Position numbers and translations under genes: made by a program
Shown: piece after piece, positions 36,306 through 47,041 of the stretch
Position numbering within the stretch: the first letter of the stretch is position 1
How the letters are laid out: the number at the start of each line of letters is the position of its first letter
Assembly (NCBI GenBank): GCA_017480385.1
Contig: JAFVAT010000007.1
Coordinates: forward strand, 26,334-90,333
Direction: 5' to 3'
Source of the DNA: Alphaproteobacteria bacterium
GTDB lineage: Bacteria; Pseudomonadota; Alphaproteobacteria; CAAGCB01; CAG-977
Length of the DNA stretch: 64,000 nucleotides
The notes under the pieces: model-generated
The model's input: only the letters and a program-made list of their open reading frames with translations
Databases searched by the model: none
Told to the model about the DNA's origin: nothing

Positions 36306-37715
36306 TTAAGAATCCCGTTTGTCCGACAAACCGAACATTTCAAGCAGCGTCTTTAAATGTCCGATCTCACTTAATCTTAAAGCAGTATCCGATTCTTTTA
36401 CTGATTTTTTATTAACGCGGCGCGGCGGAATTAAGGCGCGGGCGAAACCGAGCTTGGAAGCCTCTTTTAATCTTAAATCCGGCTGAGGCACGGCGCGAAT
36501 TTCGCCCGACAGGCCGACTTCGCCGAAAACAACCGCATCCGCCGGCACGGGAATCTGCGACACGGACGATAGCAATGCCGCCGCCACTGCCAGATCCGCC
36601 GCCGGTTCCGTAATCCGCAGGCCGCCCGCCACATTTAAAAAAATATCTTTAGAGGACATTGGCAATCCGCATCGGGCTTCCAACACCGCCAACACCATAG
36701 CCAGACGCGAAGAATCCCACCCGACCACCGCACGGCGCGGAGACGTTCCCGCTGGCGCTACTAACGCCTGAATTTCAACCAACATCGGTCGCGATCCCTC
36801 TATGCCCGCGTAAACACAGCTGCCCGCCACATTGCCGCGCCGTTCTGCCAAAAACAACGCCGACGGATTCGGGACTTCGCTCAATCCCCGCTCTGTCATT
36901 TCAAAAACGCCGATTTCGTCCGTCGCGCCGAAACGATTCTTAACACCGCGCAAAATGCGGAAGTGATGCCCTCTGTCGCCTTCAAAGTAAAGGACTGTAT
37001 CAACCATGTGTTCCAAAACACGAGGTCCTGCCAAAGTGCCTTCTTTCGTCACATGACTGACCAGAAACAAAGCGAACCCGCGCCGTTTGGCCAAGCGAAT
37101 CAGTTCGTTGCCGCACGCTCTGACCTGTCCGACCGTACCGGGGGCAGAATCCATTGTGTCAACAAACATCGTCTGAATCGAATCAATCACGACAACGTCC
37201 GGCGTTTCCCCCGAATCCAAGGTCGCAACAATATCGCGCACGTTCATCGCGGTTGCCAGCTCTACATTCGCTTTGGCCAGCCCCAGACGGGCGGCGCGCA
37301 GCCGCACCTGGTCAACAGATTCTTCGCCCGAAATATAAACGCATCGAACCGGCGCGCCTTTGATATTGCAGACCGCCGACAATGCCGCAGTAACTTGTAA
37401 TAATAACGTGGACTTTCCGATTCCCGGATCGCCGCCGATCAGCAGAACGGAGCCGGCGACCAAGCCGCCGCCGCACACGCGGTCAAGCTCTTTAATGCCC
37501 GATTTTAAACGGAAAGTTGTTTCCGGCACACCGTCCAAACTGACAAAATTGATTGTCCTTCCGCCTTTGCCGCCCGTTGCTTTGGGGGCTGCAGCCGAAG
37601 CCGTTTCCTCTTCAATAATCGTGTTCCATTCGCCGCAGGCTTCACACCGCCCCGCCCAACGGGGAAAGACCGCGCCGCAGCTTTGGCAAACAAATCTGGT
37701 TGTGCTTTTTGCCAT
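36306..37715 (-). CDS. radA: DNA repair protein RadA/Sms
   Basis: C4 zinc finger, GGDPGIGKSTLLLQ, KNRFG, Lon-like C-terminus. Confidence 0.98.
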   Translation of the reverse strand: MAKSTTRFVCQSCGAVFPRWAGRCEACGEWNTIIEEETASAAAPKATGGKGGRTINFVSLDGVPETTFRLKSGIKELDRVCGGGLVAGSVLLIGGDPGIGKSTLLLQVTAALSAVCNIKGAPVRCVYISGEESVDQVRLRAARLGLAKANVELATAMNVRDIVATLDSGETPDVVVIDSIQTMFVDTMDSAPGTVGQVRACGNELIRLAKRRGFALFLVSHVTKEGTLAGPRVLEHMVDTVLYFEGDRGHHFRILRGVKNRFGATDEIGVFEMTERGLSEVPNPSALFLAERRGNVAGSCVYAGIEGSRPMLVEIQALVAPAGTSPRRAVVGWDSSRLAMVLAVLEARCGLPMSSKDIFLNVAGGLRITEPAADLAVAAALLSSVSQIPVPADAVVFGEVGLSGEIRAVPQPDLRLKEASKLGFARALIPPRRVNKKSVKESDTALRLSEIGHLKTLLEMFGLSDKRDS

Positions 37716-38488
37716 TATCCGCGGATTTCCATTTGAATAGGTCCGTCTGCCCGACCGTTGATAAACTGTTCAACATACGGATTGCCCGACCGGTCAATCT
37801 CGGCCACATCACCGTACCAGATGATTTTGCCTTTATACAGCATTGCGACTTTATCGGCGATTTTCCGCACGGAAGACATATCGTGCGTGATCGTAATGCC
37901 CGTTGCGCCCAAATCCTTGACACAAGAGCGAATCAAGTCGTTAATCACATCCGACATGATCGGATCAAGTCCCGTTGTCGGTTCGTCAAAGAAAATCAGT
38001 TCGGGATCCGCTGCAATCGCTCTGGCCAATCCGACACGTTTTTTCATACCGCCCGACACTTCATCAGGATACAGCATGCCGACATCGGCATCCAGACCGA
38101 CCTGCGCCAGTTTTTTAATCGCAATTTCCTTGGCTTCGGCACGTTTCATTTTCTTGCCCTGAATCAAGCCGAACGCCACGTTTTCCCAGATATTCAGACT
38201 GTCAAACAGCGCCGCGCCCTGAAACAGCATGCCGGTTTGCGCGTTGATTCTTTCCATTTCACGGGCGGACAGACCGACAATTTCCTCCCCGTCCACCCGA
38301 ATCGAACCGGAATCCGGCGTCAGCAATCCCTGAATACACTTGATTGTCACGGACTTTCCCGTCCCCGATCCGCCGATAATGACCAGCGATTCGCCTTTTT
38401 TGACCTCCAAAGTCACGCCGTCCAGAACGACTTTTTTGCCAAAAGTCTTGTGCACGTCCGTCATTTTGACTTTGATTTCATCGCTCAT
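37715..38488 (-). CDS. mlaF: MlaF/Mkl ABC ATP-binding protein
   Basis: GGSGTGKS, LFQGAALFDSL, VSGGMKKRVGLARA, FDEPTTGLDP. Confidence 0.92.
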   Translation of the reverse strand: MSDEIKVKMTDVHKTFGKKVVLDGVTLEVKKGESLVIIGGSGTGKSVTIKCIQGLLTPDSGSIRVDGEEIVGLSAREMERINAQTGMLFQGAALFDSLNIWENVAFGLIQGKKMKRAEAKEIAIKKLAQVGLDADVGMLYPDEVSGGMKKRVGLARAIAADPELIFFDEPTTGLDPIMSDVINDLIRSCVKDLGATGITITHDMSSVRKIADKVAMLYKGKIIWYGDVAEIDRSGNPYVEQFINGRADGPIQMEIRG

Positions 38489-38497
38489 GCCCGCCTC

Positions 38498-39271
38498 CTA
38501 TTTTGAAAAGAACAGTTCAGTCAGCATATAGTTGCTGATTAAAATCAAAATGGACGAAGCGACTACGGCGTTTGTCGTCGCCTTGCCGACGCCTTCCGCG
38601 CCGCCTTTGGAATAAAAGCCGTTATAGCACCCCATTAAAGTCACGATAAAGCCGAACACCGCCGCTTTGGTCATGCCGGAAACAATATCGACCGCCTGCA
38701 TAAAGTTCCACGTGTTGCGCAGATAGTTCACCGCGTTGAAATCCAGTTTGTAAATGCAGATCAGATAGCCGCCGTAAATCCCAATCACATCGCCGATCAG
38801 CACCAAAATCGGCAGCATAACGATTCCCGCCAGAATACGGGGAACGACCAGATACTTGAACGGATTTGTGGAAAGAGTTGTCAGCGCATCAATTTGTTCC
38901 GTCACCCGCATTGTGCCAAGCTCCGCCGCCATTGCCGCCCCAACGCGTCCGGCGACCATTAAAGCCGCCAACACCGGCCCCAATTCGCGGGTTACGGTCA
39001 GTTCGACGACCGAAGCCACCACACCTTCGGAAGACAGGCTGGACAATCCCGAATAGCTCTGCAACGCGATGACCATACCGGAAAACATTGTCGTCAGCGC
39101 GACAACCGGCAAAGAATAAAAGCCGATTTCAACCATTTGGGAAAACAGCGTTCTGAAATAGAACGGCGGACGTACACAAAACGACAAAGATTTGACCGTG
39201 AAAATTGTCAGCCGTCCGACCGAACGCAAAAAATTCAAAAACACCCGTCCGACAGGAGCAAAAATGTTCAT
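38498..39271 (-). CDS. mlaE: MlaE ABC permease
   Basis: RELGPVLAALMVAGRVG...AELGTMRVTEQIDAL; GAEGVGKATT.AVV. Confidence 0.95.
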   Translation of the reverse strand: MNIFAPVGRVFLNFLRSVGRLTIFTVKSLSFCVRPPFYFRTLFSQMVEIGFYSLPVVALTTMFSGMVIALQSYSGLSSLSSEGVVASVVELTVTRELGPVLAALMVAGRVGAAMAAELGTMRVTEQIDALTTLSTNPFKYLVVPRILAGIVMLPILVLIGDVIGIYGGYLICIYKLDFNAVNYLRNTWNFMQAVDIVSGMTKAAVFGFIVTLMGCYNGFYSKGGAEGVGKATTNAVVASSILILISNYMLTELFFSK

Positions 39272-39282
39272 TTGACCGCCTT

Positions 39283-40362
39283 TCAATCCAGATAGATGCG
39301 GTAAAACCGCCCGCTTAAATTTGTCAACACTTCATAATCTATTGTTCCGGCCAAACTTGCAACGTCTTTTAACGGCAGGGAAGATCCGAAAATTTCAGCC
39401 GTCGGCGACTGACGCAGCGCTTCAACGTCAATGTCCGTCACGTCAACGGTCGTCAAATCCATTGAAATCCGTCCGACAATCGGCGCTTTATGTCCCGCGA
39501 TTAAGACATATCCTTTGTTGGACAGACTGCGCGGGAAACCGTCCCCGTATCCGATCGCCAACGTTGCGACACGGGATTTTCCGGAAAAGACGTGCGTTGC
39601 GCCGTATCCCGCCGTTTGGCCGGCCTCCGCCTCCTGAATTTGCAGAATTTTGGCTTCCAAAGAAACGGCATTATCGTACAAAGCGATCCCCGGCCGTACA
39701 ATATCCCTGTAAAACCGTTCGTCCTCCAGCCGGCAGCCGTCCGTTGCAGACAGGCTTTCCTTAAAGTCCTTCGGCAAGATTCGGCGCAATTTTGCGCAAG
39801 CGTCCTCAAAGCGTTTCAGCTGGTCTTCGTTTTTTTCGTTTTCCGGATTATCCGCGCACGCCAGATGACTGACAACCAGTTTGATGTCCAAATATTTGCA
39901 TTGTTCCGGATTTTTTGCCAAAGCTTCAATGTGCCTTGCCGTCAGTCCCAAGCGTGTCATGCCCGTGTCAACGTGCAAAGCGGCGGGAAGAACGATGTCC
40001 TCTTTATGTCCCAGATGATTCCAGTCAGCGACCTGCCGCGGCGTGGATAAAACGGGAATCAGATTACAGCGCAGAAAATCCAGCTCCGTATGCGGCAAAA
40101 GTCCGTGCAGGACATAAATGTCCGCTTCCGGCGCGACTTCTCTTAACGCGGCTGCTTCAAAGACATAGGCCGTAAAGAACACGCGGCAGCCGGCTTCATA
40201 CAAAGCCTGCCCGACCTTTTCGGCGCCCAAGCCATACGCGTCCGTTTTCAAAACCGCCGCGGCCTGCCTTTTATCGCCGATCCGCACTTGAATCTCCCGC
40301 CAGTTGTCGGCGATTTTGTTCAAGTCGATCGTTAAAAACGCGCCCGCCTGTTCCGGAGTCAT
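39283..40362 (-). CDS. alr: Alanine racemase
   Basis: AVLKTDAYGLG (PLP lysine), HVDTGMTRLG, SHLACAD, GYGDG, GRISMD. Confidence 0.96.
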   Translation of the reverse strand: MTPEQAGAFLTIDLNKIADNWREIQVRIGDKRQAAAVLKTDAYGLGAEKVGQALYEAGCRVFFTAYVFEAAALREVAPEADIYVLHGLLPHTELDFLRCNLIPVLSTPRQVADWNHLGHKEDIVLPAALHVDTGMTRLGLTARHIEALAKNPEQCKYLDIKLVVSHLACADNPENEKNEDQLKRFEDACAKLRRILPKDFKESLSATDGCRLEDERFYRDIVRPGIALYDNAVSLEAKILQIQEAEAGQTAGYGATHVFSGKSRVATLAIGYGDGFPRSLSNKGYVLIAGHKAPIVGRISMDLTTVDVTDIDVEALRQSPTAEIFGSSLPLKDVASLAGTIDYEVLTNLSGRFYRIYLD

Positions 40363-40365
40363 CAG

Positions 40366-43002
40366 TCAAGCTCCCAACGCTTTTTCGATTTCGGCCAGTA
40401 CTTGCGCCGTTTTGCTTGCGTCCGAACCGCCCGCCTGCGCCATGTCGGGACGACCGCCGCCGCCCTTGCCGCCGGCAGCCGCCGCGCCGATGCGCACCAA
40501 ATCGACCGCATTGATTTTCGATGTAAGGTCGCTTGTTACACCAACCACAATCGACACTTTTCTGTCTGCAACACACGTCAAAGCGACAACGCCCGAACCG
40601 ATTTGCTTTTTCATTTCGTCCGCCATGCCTTTTAATTCTTTGGCGGGAACGTCGGTCAGTTCGCGTCCGATAAAGGAAACACCGTTGATTTTTTTCACTG
40701 CCTGTGCGTTGGAAGCGCCGCCGACCGCCAGTTTCTTGCGCATATCGGACAATTCGCGTTCCAGTTTCTTACGTTCGTCAATCACGCCCTGAACGCGCGC
40801 CGGAATATCCGCAACAGAGGCTTTCAGCAATTCCGCCGTCTGCGCCAATAAATCATCGCGGTTCTGCGCGTATTCCAACGCTGCCAAGCCCGTCAAAGCT
40901 TCGATACGCCGCACGCCCGCCGCCAAAGCGCTTTCGGAAACAATACGGAAAGAGCCGATGTCGCCCGTACGCTTAACATGCGTTCCGCCGCACAGCTCCA
41001 CGGACACACGGTTTTCTCCCGCGCCCATGGATACAACACGGACTTCATCGCCGTACTTTTCGCCGAACAAAGCCATTGCGCCGTCCTTAACCGCCGTTTC
41101 GGGCGACATGATACGGGTCGTGACTTCCAGATTTTTCAAGATGTTGCGGTTGACTTCGTTTTCCACCCGCCGCAATTCCTCAAACGTGATTTGGCGCGGT
41201 TGAGAAAAGTCGAAACGCATGCCGTCGGGGCGCACCGAAGACCCTTTCTGCGTCACGTGTTCACCCAAAATCTTGCGCAAAGCCGCTTGCAACAAGTGTG
41301 TCACCGAATGGTGACGCGCCGTCGCCGCCCGCCGTTCAGCATCAACCGTCATCAAAACGTTTTGACCGGCTTTTAAAGAGCCTTTTTTCAACGTTCCCAA
41401 ATGAATGAACAGGTCGCCGACTTTCTTTTGCATATCTTCCACCTCGAACAAAACGGAATCGGCAATTACAATCGTTCCCGTGTCGCCGACCTGACCGCCG
41501 GATTCCCCATAAAACGGCGTCTGATTCGTAATGACCGCCGCTTTCTGCCCTTCGGCAACAACGTCGACCACTTTGCCGTCAACCAGCAGAGAAACAATCT
41601 GTCCTTCGGCTTGCGTCATGTCGTAGCCCAGAAATTCCGTGCCATGAACCTTTTCTTTGACCTCGAACCACACAGCGTCGGTCGCCGCTTCGCCAGAACC
41701 GGCCCATGCTTTGCGCGCTTCAGCCTTCTGGCGTTCCATAGCGCTCTCAAAGCCCTGCGTATCGACCGTCATATGCTTGCCGCGCAGCACGTCCTGCGTT
41801 AAATCCAGCGGGAAACCGTACGTATCGTACAAACGAAAAGCGACTTCGCCCGATAAAACGCCGTTTTCTGCCAGCTTTCCCGTTTCCATATCCAACAGCT
41901 TCAATCCGCGTCCTAATGTTTCTTTAAAGCGGGTTTCTTCCAAACGCAGCGTTTCGGTCATCAGCGCCTCGGCACGGATTAGTTCAGGGAAGACATCGCC
42001 CATATACCGCACCAAAGCCGGCACCAGCTGCCACATCAGCGGTTCCTGACAGCCCATCATGTGCGCATGACGCATTGCTCGGCGCATAATACGGCGCAGG
42101 ACGTAGCCGCGTCCTTCGTTTGACGGCAGAACGCCGTCCGCAATCAAAAAGCAAGAAGACCGCAAATGATCGGCGATAATGCGCAAAGAGGTTTTAAATT
42201 CGCCGTAGGGTTCGACTCCGGCCATTCCCGCCGCGGCATTGATCAATCCTTTCAGCACGTCCGTTTCGTAATTGTCATTTGTTCCCATCATCACGGCGGC
42301 CATGCGTTCCAATCCCATGCCCGTATCAATACAGGGGTGAGGCAAATCGATCAGACTGCCGTCCGCCAGCTGTTCATTCTGCATAAACACAAGGTTCCAG
42401 ATTTCGACAAACCGGTCGCCGTCCTCATCGGGAGACCCCGGAGGCCCGCCCTGAATATGTTCGCCGTGGTCGTAGAAAATTTCGGAACAAGGCCCGCACG
42501 GCCCCGTATCGCCCATTGACCAGAAATTATCCTTTGTCGGAATGCGGATAATGCGTTCATCGGGCAGACCGGCGATTTTCTTCCACAAATTAAACGCTTC
42601 GTCATCAGTGTGATAGACCGTTGTCGTTAATTTTTCTTTCGGCAGTCCGAATTCTTTCGTGACTAAATTCCACGCATAATAAATCGCCTTTTCCTTGAAA
42701 TAGTCGCCGAAGCTCCAGTTGCCGAGCATTTCAAAAAACGTATGATGACGCACGGTATAGCCGACATTGTCCAGATCATTGTGCTTTCCGCCGGCGCGCA
42801 CGCATTTCTGATCGGAAGCGGCACGGACATACGGTCTTTTTTCCATACCCGTAAAGATGTTTTTAAACTGCACCATGCCGGAATTGGTAAACATCAGCGT
42901 CGGGTCGTTGTGCGGCACCAAAGAGCTGGACGGCACGATTTCATGATCGTTTTTGCGGAAATAATCCAGAAAAATGCGCCGAATTTCGCCGGTAGTCATC
43001 AT
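40366..43002 (-). CDS. alaS: Alanine--tRNA ligase
   Basis: [50 protein letters not shown]. Confidence 0.99.
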   Translation of the reverse strand: MMTTGEIRRIFLDYFRKNDHEIVPSSSLVPHNDPTLMFTNSGMVQFKNIFTGMEKRPYVRAASDQKCVRAGGKHNDLDNVGYTVRHHTFFEMLGNWSFGDYFKEKAIYYAWNLVTKEFGLPKEKLTTTVYHTDDEAFNLWKKIAGLPDERIIRIPTKDNFWSMGDTGPCGPCSEIFYDHGEHIQGGPPGSPDEDGDRFVEIWNLVFMQNEQLADGSLIDLPHPCIDTGMGLERMAAVMMGTNDNYETDVLKGLINAAAGMAGVEPYGEFKTSLRIIADHLRSSCFLIADGVLPSNEGRGYVLRRIMRRAMRHAHMMGCQEPLMWQLVPALVRYMGDVFPELIRAEALMTETLRLEETRFKETLGRGLKLLDMETGKLAENGVLSGEVAFRLYDTYGFPLDLTQDVLRGKHMTVDTQGFESAMERQKAEARKAWAGSGEAATDAVWFEVKEKVHGTEFLGYDMTQAEGQIVSLLVDGKVVDVVAEGQKAAVITNQTPFYGESGGQVGDTGTIVIADSVLFEVEDMQKKVGDLFIHLGTLKKGSLKAGQNVLMTVDAERRAATARHHSVTHLLQAALRKILGEHVTQKGSSVRPDGMRFDFSQPRQITFEELRRVENEVNRNILKNLEVTTRIMSPETAVKDGAMALFGEKYGDEVRVVSMGAGENRVSVELCGGTHVKRTGDIGSFRIVSESALAAGVRRIEALTGLAALEYAQNRDDLLAQTAELLKASVADIPARVQGVIDERKKLERELSDMRKKLAVGGASNAQAVKKINGVSFIGRELTDVPAKELKGMADEMKKQIGSGVVALTCVADRKVSIVVGVTSDLTSKINAVDLVRIGAAAAGGKGGGGRPDMAQAGGSDASKTAQVLAEIEKALGA

Positions 43003-43171
43003 AAGTTTTGTGTCCTGTGGTTAAGAGTTGAACTTTTAGGCTTGAGTTATAGCTCAATTTTCATCAAGAAACACCTTTTTTTACACTCTAAAATAAAATA
43101 TTTATACGAAGTGTTGACCTTGTTTTCCAAAAACCGTATTTAAATGAAAGAGAAACTTCAAGGAAAAGGCT

Positions 43172-43705
43172 ATGGCTTTATTGAAAATTTTAGAGGTTCC
43201 GAACCCGCTTTTGAAAAAGAAAAGCGCCCCCATTATTGAAGTCACGGAAGATTTACGCCGTCTGATGAACGACATGCTGGACACGATGTACGATGCGCCG
43301 GGGGTAGGCTTGGCCGCGCCGCAGGTCGGGATTTTAAAGCGGATCGTCGTTATCGACGTTACGCGAGAAAACGAACCGAAACACCCTTATAAAATGGTGA
43401 ACCCCGTCATCATAGCGCATTCCGAAACGACAGGCGTTCACGACGAGGGTTGTCTGTCTGTTCCCGAACAGTACGCGCCGGTCGAACGCTTTGAGACCGT
43501 TACAGTCGAATACACGGATGAAAACGGCACGAAACAAACGCTCTCCGCCGACGGATTGCTGGCGATCTGCATCCAGCATGAACTGGAACATCTGGACGGC
43601 ACGCTGTTCATCGACCACTTGTCCAAAGTCAAGCGCGACATGATTGTGCGCCGTGTCGAAAAAGAACGCCGCTGGAAAAACGCTCATCCGGAGGAAGATG
43701 AATAA
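43172..43705 (+). CDS. def: Peptide deformylase
   Basis: GVGLAAPQVG, EGCLS, QHELEH. Confidence 0.98.
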   Translation: MALLKILEVPNPLLKKKSAPIIEVTEDLRRLMNDMLDTMYDAPGVGLAAPQVGILKRIVVIDVTRENEPKHPYKMVNPVIIAHSETTGVHDEGCLSVPEQYAPVERFETVTVEYTDENGTKQTLSADGLLAICIQHELEHLDGTLFIDHLSKVKRDMIVRRVEKERRWKNAHPEEDE

Positions 43706-44629
43706 ATGAAAACCGTCTTTATGGGAACGCCCGATTTCGCTTTGGAAGCGTTAAAGGCCCTGCATCATCATCATGAAATCGTCTGTGTTTATACACAACC
43801 GCCCAGACCGTCTGGACGCGGGCATAAACTGACCCCTTCCCCCGTTCAGAAATATGCCGAGGAAAACGGCATTTCCGTGCGCTGCCCGCCCTCCTTGAAA
43901 CCGCAGGAGGAAAAAGACGCTTTCCGCGCTTTAGACGCCGACATCGCTGTTGTCGCCGCTTACGGACTTTTGCTGCCAAAAGTCTGTCTGAATGCGTTTA
44001 AATACGGTTGTATCAATATTCACGGCTCATTATTACCCCGTTGGCGGGGCGCGGCACCGATTCAGAGGGCGATTATGGCGGGCGATAAGGAAACGGGCGT
44101 GACCTTAATGCAAATGGATATCGGCATGGATACCGGCGATATGCTGCTGCAAAAAAGTTTCCCGATCGAACCGAAAGACACGTCCGAAACCGTATTTGAC
44201 AAAATGGCGGCTTTAGGCGCGCAAACGATGCTTGAGGGGTTGAAATTATTGGAACAAGGCAAACTGATCGCAACCCCCCAACCGGTTGAAGGCGTGACCC
44301 ATGCGGCAAAAGTAATGAAAGACGAAGGGCTGATTTCCTTTGATATGCCCGCCAAAGAACTTGATTGCAAAATCAGGGGGCTATTGCCGTGGCCGGGGGC
44401 TTGGTTTTTCTATAATGAAGAACGGATTTCCGTTCTGGACGCCGATCCGGTGGAAAAGGATTTCAACGCTCCTGCCGGAACAGTTTGCGCCGATTTAACA
44501 ATCGCCTGCAAAACGGGCGGATTGAAATTGAATGTTCTACGCCGCGACGGCAAAAAAGCCTTATCCGCCGCCGAATTTCTGCGAGGTTTCGACTTGCCGC
44601 AAGGAGCGGTTCTGAATGCCGCGTTATAA
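43706..44629 (+). CDS. fmt: Methionyl-tRNA formyltransferase
   Basis: FMGTPDFA, NIHGSLLPRWRGAAPIQ, MDTGD. Confidence 0.98.
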   Translation: MKTVFMGTPDFALEALKALHHHHEIVCVYTQPPRPSGRGHKLTPSPVQKYAEENGISVRCPPSLKPQEEKDAFRALDADIAVVAAYGLLLPKVCLNAFKYGCINIHGSLLPRWRGAAPIQRAIMAGDKETGVTLMQMDIGMDTGDMLLQKSFPIEPKDTSETVFDKMAALGAQTMLEGLKLLEQGKLIATPQPVEGVTHAAKVMKDEGLISFDMPAKELDCKIRGLLPWPGAWFFYNEERISVLDADPVEKDFNAPAGTVCADLTIACKTGGLKLNVLRRDGKKALSAAEFLRGFDLPQGAVLNAAL

Positions 44630-45353
44630 AATCACGATCGAATACGACGGCACAAATTACGCGGGCTGGCAACAGCAAAAGGACGCGCCGTCCATTCAGG
44701 AAGAATTGCAACAAGCCGCGTTTAAATTCTTGGCCGAAGACGTTCTTATCACAGGCGCGGGACGAACGGACGCCGGCGTTCACGCGTTGGGACAGGTCGC
44801 GCATTTCGACACGGCAAAGACGCTTGACCCGTTCCGCATCTGTCAGGCCTTTAATGCGCACTTGCGCCCGCAGCCGATTTCCGTTTTAAACGCCGAGATT
44901 GTTTCCGATGACTTTCACGCCCGCTTTGATGCAAAAAAACGCTTTTATGTGTACAAGATTTTAAACCGCCGTTCCCGTCCCGCGTTGAATATCAACCGCG
45001 CATGGTGGGTGCATCAGCCTCTTGACATCGAAAGAATGCAAGACGCGGCGCAGGTCCTGATCGGCAAGCACGACTTTTCAACGTTCCGCGCCGCCGCCTG
45101 TCAAGCCAAATCTCCGATTAAGACGTTGGACGAGATTCGAATCGAGCGTTATGGCGACTTGATTTTCTTTTATTTCAGCGCGCGGTCTTTTTTGCATCAC
45201 CAAGTCCGCAATATTGTTGGCACGCTGAAACTGGTCGGCGAAGGCGTCTGGACAAAACAAAACGTCATTAACGCTTTGGAGGCCAAAGACCGCAAAGCCG
45301 GTGGTCCCACCGCCGCCGCGGAAGGGCTGTATTTCGAAAAAATCATTTATTGA
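44616..45353 (+). CDS. truA: tRNA pseudouridine(38-40) synthase
   Basis: EYDGTNYAGWQ, AGRTDAGVHALGQV, FLHHQVRNIVG. Confidence 0.98.
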   Translation: MPRYKITIEYDGTNYAGWQQQKDAPSIQEELQQAAFKFLAEDVLITGAGRTDAGVHALGQVAHFDTAKTLDPFRICQAFNAHLRPQPISVLNAEIVSDDFHARFDAKKRFYVYKILNRRSRPALNINRAWWVHQPLDIERMQDAAQVLIGKHDFSTFRAAACQAKSPIKTLDEIRIERYGDLIFFYFSARSFLHHQVRNIVGTLKLVGEGVWTKQNVINALEAKDRKAGGPTAAAEGLYFEKIIY

Positions 45354-45423
45354 TACATTCCTAATGATTTTATAGAAAAAACTTGTTATCCTATAAAGGT
45401 TTTCTAACAATAAAGGCAAACTT

Positions 45424-46119
45424 ATGGATCAGATTTCCCTTTTAAATCAGCGCAAGGCTTTGACAGATGCCGGTGATACAACGGGGCTGAAGGCTTTGGA
45501 ATCAGATGTTTTGCCTCAGGTGCATGAATTTTTGAACGGAAAAATCAGTGCGGAAGTCGAAACGGCACCCTTGTTTTTTTCCTTTTTCAAAACATTTGCC
45601 CAAACGGAAAACGAGCCCGTAAGAACGGCTTGTGAAAAAGCGCTGGAAAAGCTGCGTCCCGATTTGGACCGCTTTGATGAAGAAAACGGCCTGCTTCATT
45701 TAGACGATTTAAATAAAAGCACCATTGAACATAATTTAATGGTTCTTTCAGCCTACGAGCGTTTAAATCCCTTTGAAATTCAAAAAAATGACCAGCTGAA
45801 ATTTTCAGTTTTTTCTGATTTGTTCCGTTTAGTCAATCAAATTGATATTACCGACGCTGACAGTGAAAAAAGCAAGGCGGCACACGTTAAGTTTGTTGAA
45901 ACATTAATCGAGTCGGCCAAACTGCAAACTTTTATGGAGTTAAGCTTGGATTCGAACAAAATCACTGAAAGCTCTTATTTAAATAACGTACGTCAGAATA
46001 TGGAAAAAAATTTAGTCATGATGTTTGCCGCCGACCGCATTCCGGCAGGCGAATCGATGAATGATGAAATCAAAGACCAAATACAGTCAGAATATCAAAA
46101 GTTGTTAGACGCACTGTGA
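45424..46119 (+). CDS. Hypothetical acidic helical protein
   Basis: 231-aa ORF with plausible start; no family recognised. Confidence 0.65.
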   Translation: MDQISLLNQRKALTDAGDTTGLKALESDVLPQVHEFLNGKISAEVETAPLFFSFFKTFAQTENEPVRTACEKALEKLRPDLDRFDEENGLLHLDDLNKSTIEHNLMVLSAYERLNPFEIQKNDQLKFSVFSDLFRLVNQIDITDADSEKSKAAHVKFVETLIESAKLQTFMELSLDSNKITESSYLNNVRQNMEKNLVMMFAADRIPAGESMNDEIKDQIQSEYQKLLDAL

Positions 46120-46129
46120 GGATATAAAA

Positions 46130-47026
46130 ATGGCAACTCTCTCGTTAAAACAAGAAACCGTAGAAGCTTTTGCGGCCAGTGCCACACAAAAAGCGGCCAT
46201 GGTACAACGCCGCGTTTCCCAAAGAAAGAATGAAGCGATCGCTTCCGTTCCTTTATTGCAGCAAATGAAAGAAAAAGTTGCCTCTTTCGATCAAAAAATG
46301 ACAGAGCAGTTTGGCAAAAACTATACCAAAACACGCAATATCCTAACCGGAATCGGCAAATTCTATATTGCCGGACAAATCGGCGGTCCCGCTTTAGTCG
46401 CATTGGGCGCAATCAATACGGCAAAAGCGTTGAAACCTATGCTTAAAGAAGCCGAAAAGCAGCGTCAGGAAGGAAAAGTAACAGGGCTGATTGATTTTAT
46501 GAAGAAAAACCCCAAAGAATCGGCAAAAACAATGCTCTCTGCCTCTTTGGGCGCAGCAGTGATCACCTGCGGTTTAGCAAGCGCGGCGAATGGAAAATTT
46601 GCTGCACGGGCCGGCGTGGCCGCTATGGTCGTTGTGCCGGAAATGAGAACAGTCAAAGAAACGACAAAACAATGGGTTCGCGGACAAGCAACGTTTAAAG
46701 ACGTTGCACGCGATATCACCACGGTCGGCATCAGCATGGGCGCCTTTATTGCGGGAACAGGTTGGGGACATGACGGAACGGATCATAACGGGGGAGCTGA
46801 TCATGGCACGGCCTCTGTCTCTGCTCACAGCGATACGACCGACATCGGCGGACACAGCGTTTCCGTTCCTGTTTCAAAAGCGGATAAAGCTAATCCGCTG
46901 CGCCCGCAGCCCCCGAAATTGCAGCAGGCTCTGATAAACAAAGGACAAAGCAATGCCACCGCAGCTCAATCTCAGGTCTGTGTCGCAAAACTGGCTTTGC
47001 AGAAAAAAGAAGCGCGCGCTAAATAA
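46130..47026 (+). CDS. Hypothetical protein with Gly/Ala-rich hydrophobic helices and basic C-terminus
   Basis: 298-aa ORF with GAGGA RBS; no family recognised. Confidence 0.7.
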   Translation: MATLSLKQETVEAFAASATQKAAMVQRRVSQRKNEAIASVPLLQQMKEKVASFDQKMTEQFGKNYTKTRNILTGIGKFYIAGQIGGPALVALGAINTAKALKPMLKEAEKQRQEGKVTGLIDFMKKNPKESAKTMLSASLGAAVITCGLASAANGKFAARAGVAAMVVVPEMRTVKETTKQWVRGQATFKDVARDITTVGISMGAFIAGTGWGHDGTDHNGGADHGTASVSAHSDTTDIGGHSVSVPVSKADKANPLRPQPPKLQQALINKGQSNATAAQSQVCVAKLALQKKEARAK

Positions 47027-47041
47027 TTTCTGACACGGAAA

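Noticed and set aside
37360-43143. Long antisense and alternate-frame ORFs over radA, mlaF, alr and alaS (and similarly over the ABC genes)
   Set aside because: Shadow ORFs of GC-rich coding strands with no motifs.
45424-47026. Single gene split by a nonsense or frameshift mutation
   Set aside because: The second ORF has its own GAGGA RBS at correct spacing, which fits a genuine two-gene operon better.
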